Of a DNA stretch of 64,000 nucleotides, positions 47,060 to 62,887 are shown in pieces. The stretch covers positions 10,480,001 through 10,544,000 of the forward strand of contig CM097885.1 in the NCBI GenBank assembly GCA_044892525.1, written 5' to 3'. Origin of the DNA: Schmidtea polychroa. Lineage: Eukaryota. The notes beneath the pieces are model-generated. The model was not told where the DNA came from. It did not search any database and saw nothing but the letters and a program-made list of their open reading frames with translations. Position numbers and translations under genes: made by a program. Position 1 is the stretch's first letter. Each line of letters opens with the position of its first letter.

Positions 47060-49891
47060 TTGAAAAGAAATCAGTGGTGAAATTTGAAAGAAGTTCTTAT
47101 AATATTTTCAATTCGACTATAGATCAATATTTTTCCTCATAAGTGAAACAAACTTTTGACACTCCCATTTTTTTTCTCTTATTAAGAAAAAGTAAAACGA
47201 AATAAAAGGCGAAATAAAAATTTTTAAAACCACGAGCATTAAAATTAAATTAAATAATCAAACTAAATAATAAATAAGATTAAAAAACTTTATATAAATA
47301 AATATTTAAAATATTTTTTTTAAATATGCATTTTAAAGAACAATTAAATTAATTTAAATATAACGAAAAGCACCAAATCCAATATTTTACTACAATATAT
47401 TTCGACAGAATCACAGTCACTTTCAGGTAGAATTGAAAATCAAACTAAATCAATATAAATTGCTCTTTTTTAAACAAACTCTTTCATTAATTTTTTTAAA
47501 ATTAAATTCGCTAAAAATTCACAAAATTCTGTTTTTTCAATTCAAACTTTAAAAATTGTAAAACTTTTATAACTCACAAAAGTTGAAATCAAACAACATC
47601 TTAAAATTAAAATTGTGTTTACTAATATTAATCAATTCCTTCAGTCGATAGTGATCAGTACCATTAAAACAGTACCATTATTCAGTAATTGTTATAATAA
47701 ATTAATTTAAAATTAAAATATGTTAAATAAGTTAAATTAGTTTTGTTATTTTTAAATTTGAATGTGTTATTTTTAAATAAATATTTTTATTATTAAACAA
47801 AAAATTAGATTAAATGAAAATAAATTGCTCGTTCTTAATCTATGTATATATCACTATATACAATACATTATCTTAATTACAATAAATATTCAATTTCAAT
47901 GATTCAATTTTAAACAATAAAGTTATCCTAGTCACTAGGACCTAGCGTATCACTTTTGCTCTAAGGTACAAATCATACTCAAGCTTCTGAATTGACTATT
48001 TACAAATTTGTATATAAATGATTATTTTCAAATTCCTAAACCGTTACAATATGAATGTGAATATTACAACATGTGATGAATAAATAATTTATTGTAAATT
48101 ACTCAATTACAATATTTCTCCAATATGTCACAAATTTGTTTAAATATTTATCATTGATTATTAAATGAGTTGCTGATTTGATAAATCGATTAACTTCACA
48201 AAACAAAAAATCGAGAAAATTGATGAAATAAATTATCTTCTTTAAAATAACTTTCAAAGTTTAAATTCAAATAAATATTTATAAAAAATATACAAAACAA
48301 AGACATTAAAATTAAAATAATTTCGCACTAAAATTATAAAATATTTTGAAGATGCAGTTAAATTAAATTATTTTTTAAAAATGTTGGAGCCATTGGAATA
48401 CGTACGATGATCAATTCGTACATAACATGTGAACGACCAAAGTAATATTGTACGATAAAAAGTAAAATTTGTTTTACTAAAGCAAATATCCTAATTTAAA
48501 AAAAGGACATTTAAAGATAATACAAATAAACTTATTTTCTCAATATGAAAATAAATTTAAATTTGTCCTCTGATGTGATCATTTATCTTTTCTAATCAGA
48601 TAATTCATATCACTTTGTAAGTCAAATATTAAAATATTTCCTCAATAAAATCTAGATTTATGATAAAAAACAACTATAAAAAATTTATTATTTTAATATA
48701 TTTCACCAATAAAATTTGCATTTTCAAAATATAATTCAAAAAGAAAATGATTAAAAGGATTTTTGGAATAAATTGTCTATATATATATATATATATATAA
48801 TTTTTTATCAAAATAATCTTTTTCTCACGTGGCACATATGGAGAAACCAGATGAAAATTTATATCATTTTTCTGCTGAATGAAAAATATTTTCATAAATT
48901 GCTCCAGAGATCTTCGAGCTTAACAGATTTTAAAATAACATTAAATATTATCATATTTCACTGAATTCAAGGTAACATTTCATATGCAAAGTATACAAAA
49001 TAACAGAAAAACTATAAAGAAAAAACGAGAAAAAATTGTAATAAAAGACATAACAAGAATAAATATAGCAAATAATTAATTGACTGAATATATTTAAACA
49101 ATAAATTATTAAAGATTATGAATTTTAATATCTTAATACAGTCAAACCTGTCTAATATAAACAACAAGTGACCGATTAAAAATATGTTCAAATATTAAAA
49201 TTGTTTAAATGATTAAATGTTTTTAATACATTTATTTTTTACTATAGTAGTCTCTTACTTTCCTCTCATTTATAACTACGCTTATTAACTCTTCAATTTT
49301 TTATTAATTAATTTAATTTATTAAAAAAATTTCGAATTTATCAATGCAGTCCATTGGATCATTGTTTTTCCTACATTTTACATTTCCTAAATAGGCACCC
49401 GAAAACTTCGCATTCAACTAGATATTTTTTCATAATTATATCATCTTGTTGATCCTCTCTTTTTTCATCATTTTATATTAATGTTAATCAAAATATCTCC
49501 AAATATTTTTTGTTCTATATTATCATCATTTTTCGAATAAAACCGCATTTTAAAACAAATTTTAATTTATTTAAAAAAAATTAATGCGCATAGTTAAACA
49601 AATAAGAATATTAATTTTACCTTACGAATTTTCATAATTTTCATCACAGTTTTCATCTAAAAATAAGAATTTTCTGTTTTTAGTTTCTATTAAATTCATC
49701 TTATTAATTTACTTTATTATTTCGTAATTCCCTTCCCTTTCAGATACAAACATCTAGTACAGGGGTCTCAAACTCAAACTGGCCTGCGGGCCGCAACATA
49801 AATAATTGTTTTTCAGAACATGTGGAGTCTGAAACACCGACGTTAATATTTATTTAATTAAAAACTCAACAAAACTAAAAAACATTTTTTT

Positions 49892-50048
<157 letters not shown>

Positions 50049-50059
50049 TTTGAAGAAAA

Positions 50060-50300
50060 TGTGGTAACATTTGAATGCATTAACTTGGTTACACATGTTT
50101 GTAATGATTGGATCCTTTCCTTGCAGTTTTAAATTTAAATCGGATAAATGTTTCGTTATATCAACCATAAAAGATAAATCTTGCCACCACACTGTTTTTT
50201 TGATGTTAAAAACTGACATATTTCGTCTTTTAAATCCCAAAATTGTTTGAGAACCTTGGAGCAGGATAACCAACGTACCTCACTATAGTACGACAAACCA
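50060..50300 (-). pseudogene. Buster/GTF2IRD2-type hAT transposase fragment (frameshifted)
   Basis: YYSEVRWLSCSKVLKQFWDLKDEI, then in another frame WWQDLSFMVDITKHLSDLNLKLQGKD...VNAFK. Confidence 0.88.
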
Positions 50301-50343
50301 GAATTTATTTTCGCACCCTAACTAGATTTTTGGGGTCCGTTTC

Positions 50344-51979
50344 AGTAGTAGGATTGGAGCTCCCCAGATCAGGAGCTCCCCGCATCACATATACCCCCTC
50401 CCCCCCCCCCTCCCCCCCCCGGGAAAAAAAATTTTTTTTTTAATTTTTTGTTTTAATTAATTGGCCTGGCGGGCTCACACTTTTTTTCATCCCAAAAATT
50501 AATGTTCCCACCAACGGATTTTATTGACCGATACCTCATCTTAAAGCACAGTCCAAGACCTTTCGAATGAGCTATAGGTATCATATATATCTTTAATAGT
50601 TTTAATGTTATTAACAATTGATGACCACCATCTTTTCAACGTTAAATTATTATTATTTTCCAAAATATTATTAATTGGCCTGGCGGGCTCACACTTTTTT
50701 TCATCCCAAAAATTAATGTTCCCATTATCCGAATTTATTAATCGATAGCTTATTTTGAAGCGTAGTCTAAGACCTTTCAATTGAGCCATAGAAGGTATCA
50801 TCATCATTAATATTGACAAAGTTATTAACAATTGATGACCACCATCTTTTCAACGTTAAATTATTATTATTATTCAAAATATTATTAATTGGCCGGGCGG
50901 GGACATACTTTTTCTCATCCATTTTTCAAGGTCATTTATTTTTCAAAATATTATTTTCAAGGTCAAGGTCATTTATTTTTTTCAAGGTCATTTATTTTTT
51001 CAAGGTCATTTATTTTTTCAAGGTCATTTATTTTTTCAAGGTCATTTATTTTTTCAAGGTCATTTATTTTTTCAAGGTCATTTATTTTTTCAAGGTCATA
51101 TTTTAAAATTTAAATGTACAGAGTTCCCGACAACGATAATTATTCAACGATAGCTCATTTTAAAGCCCAATGCAAGACCTTTCGATTGATTCATTGAAGG
51201 TATCATCATCATTATTATTGACAAAGTTATTAACAATTGATGACCACCATCTTTTCAAAGTTAAATTATTATTATTTGTCAAAATATTATTAAGTGGCCG
51301 GGAGGGCCCCTACTTTTTTTCATCCCAAAAATTAATGTTCCCGCCAACAGATTTTATTAATCAAACACTTATTTTAAAGCCCAATGCAAGACCTTTCGAA
51401 TGAGCTAATGAAGGTATCATCATCATTATTATTGACAAAGTTATTAACATTTTACCAAAAATCATTTTCAAGGTCATATAATTATTAAGTGGTCTGGCGG
51501 GCCCCTACTCTTTTTCATCCCAAAAATTAATGTTCCCATTATCCGAATTTATTGGACGATACCTCATCTTAAAGCTCAGTCCAAGACCTTTCGAATGAGT
51601 CATAGAAGGTATCATCATCATTAATATTAACAAAGAGAATGACTCACCCAATGACTCACCCAACGATGTCTAATATTTTTAGAACGATGACTCATCAAGG
51701 TCATTCCCAAGGTCATATGACTCATCAAGGTCAAGGTCATTTTTTTTTTAAATTTAATTTTTTGTTTTAATTAAGTAATCTTTTTATTTTCAAGGTCATT
51801 TAATTTTCAAGGTCATTTAATTTTCAAGGTCATTTAATTTTCAAGGTCATTTAATTTTCAAGGTCATTTAATTTTTCAAGGTCATTTAATTTTCAAGGTC
51901 ATTTACTTTTCAAGGTCATTTAATTTTTCAAGATCATTTATTAAAATAATTATTATTTTCTAAGTTTTTAGTTTCTAAG

Positions 51980-52024
<45 letters not shown>

Positions 52025-52638
52025 CATATATACACCGAGTCTATCCGACAAGATATTCTGTCCCCCTATGGGTACTGCTCACAAATGTACTACTCACATT
52101 CAACAAGTCACAAATGTACTACTCACACTCAACCAATTAACAATTATTATTATCAATATTATTATTATTGCAAATACTAGTCAAAAACTTAAAATTTTTT
52201 TTTTTTACACACGCACAACCCATTATTATTATTATTATCATTATTAGTGAAAAACTAAAATATTTTTTACACACACACACAACCCATTAACCATTATTAT
52301 TATTATTATCAATATTAAAAACCTAAAATATTTTTACACACACACACACAACCAATTAACAATTATTATTATCAATATTATTATTATTGCAAATACTAGT
52401 CAAAAACCTAAAATATTATTTACACTCACACAACCCATTAACAATTATTATTATCAATATTAGTGAAAACCTAAAATATTTTCTACACACACACACAACC
52501 CATTAACCATTATTATTATTGCAAATATTAGTCAAAAACATAAAAACACTCATAAACCATTATTATTATCAATATTCGTGAAAACCTCAAATATTTTTTT
52601 ACACACATATACAACCCATTAAACTTTATTATTATTAA

Positions 52639-52678
<40 letters not shown>

Positions 52679-55600
52679 ATTATTATTATTATTAGTGAAA
52701 AACCTTAAATAATTTTTACATACTAAGTTATGGGGTAGAGTATTATTATGTTTGCAGCATTCTGTGTTTGCCTTTACAGGAAGTTGTCAATAAGGAGCGA
52801 TAATTTTACACATACATTCTATATACACATACCTTGTTTAACATGGGTGTATATACTTCTAGTCTAACCGACAAAATATTCTCTCCCCCTATGGGTATTA
52901 CTCACAAAGGTACTACTTACAACATATCGCAAGGGTATATTAATTATGGTTAGTAAATAAAACCTATCACACATACTATTTAAACGATAAAAATCAAGAC
53001 AAGAGAGGACAAGGCAAAGTGTATGCATTTAGTATTGCCAGGCCTAATGAGCAGTGACCAAATATCTGTGCCTGAAAGACACGGTGGATATTTGTTCGCG
53101 TCCACAAGGGTCGTCTGTGCCTTCCCCAAGTGGGGTCAGAAGAACCTGGGCATTATAGCTTTCCGTACGGAACATTACGCCTAGCATGGGTAGTCAACTA
53201 CCAGCACATTCGAAACGTATAATTTCAAAATACATGCGTCATTGGCACTATAACCAAATTAATTATTGTTTTCACTAACACAAATATATATTTACAGAGG
53301 CCTCCCACTAGTTGGATTACAACCGCCCACCACGACGATCAGCTTGTAAATATATATTAATTAAGGGATAAAGAGGACCCACCCAACCCTATTATATTTA
53401 ATTTACAAATTTTTCTCGCTCTTCTGCTGGTATTCTATCTCAAAATTATCATCTCCATCGGGCCATTTGATAGTGATTTCATGGAATACATCTTGCGAAT
53501 TGGACATATTTCTTAGTTTCTGATGCGGTGTCAACTATCATTGCTAAAATTTATAATGATTTAAAAGCAATTAACTTACATTATCTAGCATTTTATCGTC
53601 ACAGGCTTGATAAATTAGGCAACTGTTATTTGTGGTATACTTTTTCAATGTCATTTCCCACCATAAAACACAGATACCTAAATATAATATATATATATTT
53701 TAAAAGATTAATTCATGTCTTACATTAATAATAATATTCTTCAGGTAGTACTTTACAATATCTAATTGATAAAACATCGGTTTTTCCCATTTTTCTTGAC
53801 ATTCGTTGAAAGATTACATAATTTAAGTCTGATAATTCATGTTGAAGGACACCCACAATCAGCTAATTCATTTAAGAAATCCAGAACATAGCAATGTTTC
53901 ACCATTTTGTCTGGTTCATTTTCTTCTATAATTCATGTTTTAATAAGAAATTTCTAAATCCAGAACATAAGTCATTTAGTGTTTCACCATTTTGTTCATC
54001 TTCTTCATAATTATATAATTCATTTTCTTCATTACTAAGTAAAATAATTAAAATATTGTAGTAAATTCTTTATTTGCTTACTTTATGGATACTAAAACGA
54101 AAGAAATAAAGTTATATCAAAAGTATATTTAAATAAATTAAATTTAAATAATTTAATTTAGTTATTTAAAAATATTTAAACAATTTAGTTATTTAAGCAT
54201 ATTTAAACATTAACATTATTATATAGTATAATTTTATATAATATTATAATTTTATGTACACTTATATATCCTTCATTTAATTTTTTAAATTCAAAATTTA
54301 TAATGAAGATTCTTTGAATTAAAAAATATTCTGTTAGTATTTCCAAACAGTAAACAACGAATTCAATAATTAAAATCTTAATTTTCATGTTGTTAGGGTT
54401 GTGGCCAGAATTTAATCGCCATCTAATCGTTTGTTCTCAATTTCGCTCATTTTTGTTCAAAACATTCAGGTGAGTTGTTATCTGGAAAGTTTCTTTGAGC
54501 TCAGTTTTGTTAAAACACTCACGGTATTTTTGAGGGACGTGACACTGGGAATAAATTAACAATGGGTGGTCTTGCATACATGTTGTTGGTTTGAACTGTT
54601 GATTTATTTTAGAAATATGTATATTAAAAACATTTAAGGTATCATTCAGTAAAATAATATAGTATTTTTGAGTATTTTTAGTTGATTTATAAATAACAGT
54701 ATTTTGATATATCAATAAAGACCATATACTCCTAGTTTATCCGACAAAATATTCTGTCCCCCTATGGGTATTGCTAGCAAGGGTACTGGTCACATTCAAC
54801 ATGTCGCAAGGCTATATTAATCATTTAGAAATTCTTAGGTAATTTAGTGAGATGATCAGAAATTCGTGAATATTTTAAATGTAACTTTACACTTATGTCG
54901 AGCGACTAATTTATTGGTTAACTTTGTAGTCATTTAAAGCAAAAATTAATTTATTCATCTAATGTTCGTTACAATAGTTAATAATATGAGAAAACATGGT
55001 CATTATTCATTGATAATTTTAAATTCTTTATCATTTGGAGTAAATTTGTTTGAGGCAAAAATAATTAAAGGAGTCATAATAGAAATATGGTTATCATTTA
55101 TCCAATTAAGGGGCCTATTATTTAGAAATATATATTATAAAGTAACAATTATTTTCTAATTTAATTAGATGATCATTAGACGTAATATATCTTTGCGAGA
55201 AATTTAAGATGTTTGAGTAACCAAAACATGGACATTTTGTGCGATAAATTTATGAATATTGCTTAATTTTGTTATTTTTAGTCATTTAAAATAATATTTA
55301 GCAAAGGTAATTTAGCAAAATATCATTTATCCACCCGATAACAATATTCCTTCAATAGATTAACTGATATTCAACCTATTTAATTTCTGGAAATATAATT
55401 AAAATCATAAATTTCCTTCATGAAAGTTAAATTTTCTTTAGTTGTCGATGTCTAACTCTTTTAAGTCAATATTTTTGTTACCGTTATCTTCATAATGAAT
55501 GTCTGTCTTTAAAATGTTAAATAAAATAATTTAAAGCAATAACCTTTGATATCAATTATCTCTAAATATTTCAAATATTGCATTGTCAAAACCAAGTAAA

Positions 55601-58600
55601 TTAGTCATTACCCATTAATAAAACCGTGGATAATTAATAAAAACTGGTTCTGAAACATAAATTACTGTGCAATAACATTCATCACAACCTCTAAAACGAT
55701 ATAATTTCACAGGAACTATTCATAGCTGACTATTTCCCTTGAAAATTTGATATTTTACCAATAAGAATATATAAATATTCAAAACATTAACCGATCCCTC
55801 ACCAAATATCTTTACCCCTTAAAACACCTTAAATCGTATATATTACCATCTTAACCTTCACTAAATCCAACCGAATATAATTTCATCCACTTGTGCCCTT
55901 TAATAAATCTTAAAATCTATAGAAAATTCTTCAAAATATGAATTTTATTTAATTGTCACAGACATTCTTCCATTGAAATAATTTAGTAGCTAAATTCAAA
56001 GAGTCCACTAAAAGATCAAAATTCATTAAAATAAATATTTAACCACATGTGTCATCAAATACCTAACTAGAGATGATAATATCTCATTGATTGATCATAA
56101 TTATAACCATTATAACATGATATATCTTTCAAACTAAATTTAGGTATATTTTACAATAATTTTCAAGTAGATTTCAAATATATCATCATCGTGAAAAAAT
56201 TAGATTGTTTCAACTTTAGATTTTCAATATTTTAAAGTTCATCAATGTGTAAATATTCTTAGAAAAATATATGAAAAAATTATTTAGTCAAATTATCATT
56301 ACAAAGTCATCATCATCATCAAAATTAATAAAATATAGCAAATTATCAAGAAATTAATTAAATTTATCTTAGAATTAACACTAAACCTTAAATATTCTTT
56401 CAATTAACATGAAATTCACAAAAAAATATTAGTAAAATCCCGCTAACTCTAAAAAATTACCAATGAATTTAATGCCAAATAATAACCAAATATTTGCCTA
56501 AATATAATCATTAAAACACACCAGTACCTTTACGACCAGTACCCTTACGACCAGTACCCTTACGACCAATACCCTTACAAGCAGTACCCATAGAGGGAGA
56601 AAATATTTTGTCGGATAAACTCCGAGTATATATATAATAAAACGAATTAACAATAACTCCATCAAATTGAATCAGTCAAATTATCACAAATTTTAATAAA
56701 AAATCTTATTCTAAAGTGGTAAGCAGCGTAAAATCGAAAGATAATTTTAATAACACAGAGATAAAATTAACAATATTATTCTCAGGTGGTAAGAATCATC
56801 ATTATTCTATGATTAATTAATAATGAAATTCAAAAAGGTGAAAATAAGGGTTTGAATTATTCATTAATGGAACGTAAATGTAAATATACCGAGAAGTGTC
56901 ATAGATAAGATGGAAATATATTAATTGCATTTATTTAAAATTATTTCATGAGGGATCGGTTAATGTTTTGAATATTTATATATTCTTATTGGTAAAATAT
57001 CAAATTTTCAAGGGAAATAGTCAGCTATGAATAGTTCCTGTGAAATTATATCGTTTTAGAGGTTGTGATGAATGTTATTGCACAGTAATTTATGTTTCAG
57101 AACCAGTTTTTATTAATTATCCACGGTTTTATTAATGGGTAATGACTAATTTACTTGGTTTTGACAATGCAATATTTGAAATATTTAGAGATAATTGATA
57201 TCAAAGGTTATTGCTTTAAATTATTTTATTTAACATTTTAAAGACGGACATTCATTATGAAGATAACGGTAACAAAAATATTGACTTAAAAGAGTTAGAC
57301 ATCGACAACTAAAGAAAATTTAACTTTCATGAAGGAAATTTATGATTTTAATTATATTTCCAGAAATTAAATAGGTTGAATATCAGTTAATCTATTGAAG
57401 GAATATTGTTATCGGGTGGATAAATGATATTTTGCTAAATTACCTTTGCTAAATATTATTTTAAATGACTAAAAATAACAAAATTAAGCAATATTCATAA
57501 ATTTATCGCACAAAATGTCCATGTTTTGGTTACTCAAACATCTTAAATTTCTCGCAAAGATATATTACGTCTAATGATCATCTAATTAAATTAGAAAATA
57601 ATTGTTACTTTATAATATATATTTCTAAATAATAGGCCCCTTAATTGGATAAATGATAACCATATTTCTATTATGACTCCTTTAATTATTTTTGCCTCAA
57701 ACAAATTTACTCCAAATGATAAAGAATTTAAAATTATCAATGAATAATGACCATGTTTTTCTCATATTATTAACTATTGTAACGAACATTAGATGAATAA
57801 ATTAATTTTTGCTTTAAATGACTACAAAGTTAACCAATAAATTAGTCGCTCGACATAAGTGTAAAGTTACATTTAAAATATTCACGAATTTCTGATCATC
57901 TCACTAAATTACCTAAGAATTTCTAAATGATTAATATAGCCTTGCGACATGTTGAATGTGACCAGTACCCTTGCTAGCAATACCCATAGGGGGACAGAAT
58001 ATTTTGTCGGATAAACTAGGAGTATATGGTCTTTATTGATATATCAAAATACTGTTATTTATAAATCAACTAAAAATACTCAAAAATACTATATTATTTT
58101 ACTGAATGATACCTTAAATGTTTTTAATATACATATTTCTAAAATAAATCAACAGTTCAAACCAACAACATGTATGCAAGACCACCCATTGTTAATTTAT
58201 TCCCAGTGTCACGTCCCTCAAAAATACCGTGAGTGTTTTAACAAAACTGAGCTCAAAGAAACTTTCCAGATAACAACTCACCTGAATGTTTTGAACAAAA
58301 ATGAGCGAAATTGAGAACAAACGATTAGATGGCGATTAAATTCTGGCCACAACCCTAACAACATGAAAATTAAGATTTTAATTATTGAATTCGTTGTTTA
58401 CTGTTTGGAAATACTAACAGAATATTTTTTAATTCAAAGAATCTTCATTATAAATTTTGAATTTAAAAAATTAAATGAAGGATATATAAGTGTACATAAA
58501 ATTATAATATTATATAAAATTATACTATATAATAATGTTAATGTTTAAATATGCTTAAATAACTAAATTGTTTAAATATTTTTAAATAACTAAATTAAAT

Positions 58601-60070
58601 TATTTAAATTTAATTTATTTAAATATACTTTTGATATAACTTTATTTCTTTCGTTTTAGTATCCATAAAGTAAGCAAATAAAGAATTTACTACAATATTT
58701 TAATTATTTTACTTAGTAATGAAGAAAATGAATTATATAATTATGAAGAAGATGAACAAAATGGTGAAACACTAAATGACTTATGTTCTGGATTTAGAAA
58801 TTTCTTATTAAAACATGAATTATAGAAGAAAATGAACCAGACAAAATGGTGAAACATTGCTATGTTCTGGATTTCTTAAATGAATTAGCTGATTGTGGGT
58901 GTCCTTCAACATGAATTATCAGACTTAAATTATGTAATCTTTCAACGAATGTCAAGAAAAATGGGAAAAACCGATGTTTTATCAATTAGATATTGTAAAG
59001 TACTACCTGAAGAATATTATTATTAATGTAAGACATGAATTAATCTTTTAAAATATATATATATTATATTTAGGTATCTGTGTTTTATGGTGGGAAATGA
59101 CATTGAAAAAGTATACCACAAATAACAGTTGCCTAATTTATCAAGCCTGTGACGATAAAATGCTAGATAATGTAAGTTAATTGCTTTTAAATCATTATAA
59201 ATTTTAGCAATGATAGTTGACACCGCATCAGAAACTAAGAAAAACATCCAATTTGCAAGATGTATTCCATGAAATCACTATCAAATGGCCCGATGGAGAT
59301 GATAATTTTGAGATAGAATACCAGCAGAAGAGCGAGAAAAATTTGTAAATTAAATATAATAGGGTTGGGTGGGTCCTCTTTATCCCTTAATTAATATATA
59401 TTTACAAGCTGATCGTCGTGGTGGGCGGTTGTAATCCAACTAGTGGGAGGCCTCTGTAAATATATATTTGTGTTAGTGAAAACAATAATTAATTTGGTTA
59501 TAGTGCCAATGACGCATGTATTTTGAAATTATACGTTTCGAATGTGCTGGTAGTTGACTACCCATGCTAGGCGTAATGTTCCGTACGGAAAGCTATAATG
59601 CCCAGGTTCTTCTGACCCCACTTGGGGAAGGCACAGACGACCCTTGTGGACGCGAACAAATATCCACCGTGTCTTTCAGGCACAGATATTTGGTCACTGC
59701 TCATTAGGCCTGGCAATACTAAATGCATACACTTTGCCTTGTCCTCTCTTGTCTTGATTTTTATCGTTTAAATAGTATGTGTTAGGTTTTATTTACTAAC
59801 CATAATTAATATACCCTTGCGATATGTTGTAAGTAGTACCTTTGTGAGTAATACCCATAGGGGGAGAGAATATTTTGTCGGTTAGACTAGAAGTATATAC
59901 ACCCATGTTAAACAAGGTATGTGTATATAGAATGTATGTGTAAAATTATCGCTCCTTATTGACAACTTCCTGTAAAGGCAAACACAGAATGCTGCAAACA
60001 TAATAATACTCTACCCCATAACTTAGTATGTAAAAATTATTTAAGGTTTTTCACTAATAATAATAATAAT

Positions 60071-60107
<37 letters not shown>

Positions 60108-60636
60108 TTAATAATAATAAAGTTTAATGGGTTGTATATGTGTGTAAAAAAATATTTGAGGTTTTCACGAATATTGATAATAATAATGGTTTATGAGTGT
60201 TTTTATGTTTTTGACTAATATTTGCAATAATAATAATGGTTAATGGGTTGTGTGTGTGTGTAGAAAATATTTTAGGTTTTCACTAATATTGATAATAATA
60301 ATTGTTAATGGGTTGTGTGAGTGTAAATAATATTTTAGGTTTTTGACTAGTATTTGCAATAATAATAATATTGATAATAATAATTGTTAATTGGTTGTGT
60401 GTGTGTGTGTAAAAATATTTTAGGTTTTTAATATTGATAATAATAATAATAATGGTTAATGGGTTGTGTGTGTGTGTAAAAAATATTTTAGGTTTTCACT
60501 AATAATGATAATAATAATAATAATGGTTAATGGGTTGTGTATGTGTGTAGAAAATATTTTAGGTTTTTAATATTGATAATAATAATAATGGTTGAGGGGT
60601 TGTGTGTGTAAACCATATTTTAGATTTTTCATTAAC

Positions 60637-60683
<47 letters not shown>

Positions 60684-61061
60684 TAATAATAATAATAACT
60701 CCCGCGCGTGTTAATACTTTAAAAGAAAATATTGAAAATTTAAAAAATAATAATATTTATGCAAAGCATGTGCAATAATTATGTCTTTGTTAATTAAGTA
60801 AACTTTAGTGTCAAAATAAGTTTTTAAAATATTTTTAAATTTAAAATACCGCAACTTAATATATTTTTGTTCTACCCCTTCATTGATTTAAGTTGGTCAG
60901 AATTTAATAATAATTATATTATACCCTTTGAGACATGTTGAATGTGAGTAGTACACCTTTGACCATTACCCATATGAGCAATACCCATAAAGGGATAGAA
61001 TATTTTGTCGGATAGATTAAGAGTATATATGATAATAATATTCCCCGTGCGCGTAATAATA

Positions 61062-61155
<94 letters not shown>

Positions 61156-62887
61156 CTTAGAAACTAAAAACTTAGAAAATAATAATTATTTTAATAAATG
61201 ACCTTGAAAAATTAAATAACCTTGAAAAGTAAATGACCTTGAAAATTAAATGACCTTGAAAAATTAAATGACCTTGAAAATTAAATGACCTTGAAAAGTA
61301 AATGACCTTGAAAATTAAATGACCTTGAAAAATTAAATGACCTTGAAAATTAAATGACCTTGAAAATAAAATGACCTTGAAAATAAAAAGATTACTTAAT
61401 TAAAACAAAAAATTAAATTAAAAAAAAATGACCTTGACCTTGATGAGTCATATGACCTTGGGAATGACCTTGATGAGTCATCGTTCTAAAAATATTAGAC
61501 ATCGTTGGGTGAGTCATTGGGTGAGTCATTCTCTTTGTTAATATTAATGATGATGATACCTTCTATGGCTCATTCGAAAGGTCTTGGACTGAGCTTTAAG
61601 ATGAGGTATCGTCCAATAAATTCGGATAATGGGAACATTAATTTTTGGGATGAAAAAGAGTAGGGGCCCGCCAGACCACTTAATAATTATATGACCTTGA
61701 AAATGATTTTTGGTAAAATGTTAATAACTTTGTCAATAATAATGATGATGATACCTTCATTAGCTCATTCGAAAGGTCTTGCATTGGGCTTTAAAATGAG
61801 GTATCGTCCAATAAAATCCGTTGGTGGGAACATTAATTTTTGGGATGAGAAAAAGTATGTCATCGCCCGGCCAATTAATAATATTTTGAATAATAATAAT
61901 AATTTAACGTTGAAAAGATGGTGATCATCAATTGTTAATAACTTTGTCAATAATAATGATGATGATACCTTCTATGAATCAATCGAAAGGTCTTGCATTG
62001 GGCTTTAAAATGAGCTATCGTTGAATAATTATCGTTGTCGGGAACTCTGTACATTTAAATTTTAAAATATGACCTTGAAAAAATAAATGACTTTGAAAAA
62101 ATAAATGACCTTGAAAAAATAAATGACCTTGACCTTGACCTTGAAAATAATATTTTGAAAAATAAATGACCTTGAAAAATGGTCTCGGTAAAACTTTAAT
62201 AACGTTGCCGATGTTAATGATGATGATACCTTCTATGGCTCAATTGAAAGGTCTTAGACTACGCTTCAAAATAAGCTATCGATTAATAAATTCGGATAAT
62301 GGCAACATTAATTTTTGGGATGAGAAAAAGTATGTCCCCGCCCGGCCAATTAATAATATTTTGAATAATAATAATAATTTAACGTTGAAAAGATGGTGGT
62401 CATCAATTGTTAATAACTTTGTCAATATTAATGATGATGATACCTTCTATGGCTCAATTGAAAGGTCTTAGACTACGCTTCAAAATAAGCTATCGATTAA
62501 TAAATTCGGATAATGGGAACATTAAATTTTGGGATGAAAAAAAGTGTGAGCCCGCCAGGCCAATTAATAATATTTTGGAAAATAATAATAATTTAACGTT
62601 GAAAAGATGGTGGTCATCAATTGTTAATAACATTAAAACTATTAAAGATATATATGATACCTATAGCTCATTCGAAAGGTCTTGGACTGGGCTTTAAGAT
62701 GAGGTATCATCCAATAAAATCCGTTGGTGGGAACATTAATTTTTGGGATGAAAAAAAGTGTGAGCCCGCCAGGCCAATTAATTAAAACAAAAAATTAAAA
62801 AAAAAAATTTTTTTTCCCGGGGGGGGGGGGGAGGGGGTATATGTGATGCGGGGAGCTCCTGATCTGGGGAGCTCCAATCCTACTACT
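50344..62887. mobile_element. Giant palindromic non-autonomous Maverick-like element, copy B (12.5 kb)
   Basis: AGTAGTAGG...CCTACTACT termini. 6-bp TSD CGTTTC at 50338-50343 and 62888-62893. Inverted arms 50344-55801 and 56949-62887 around a 1147-bp spacer. Homologous to copy A. Confidence 0.9.
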
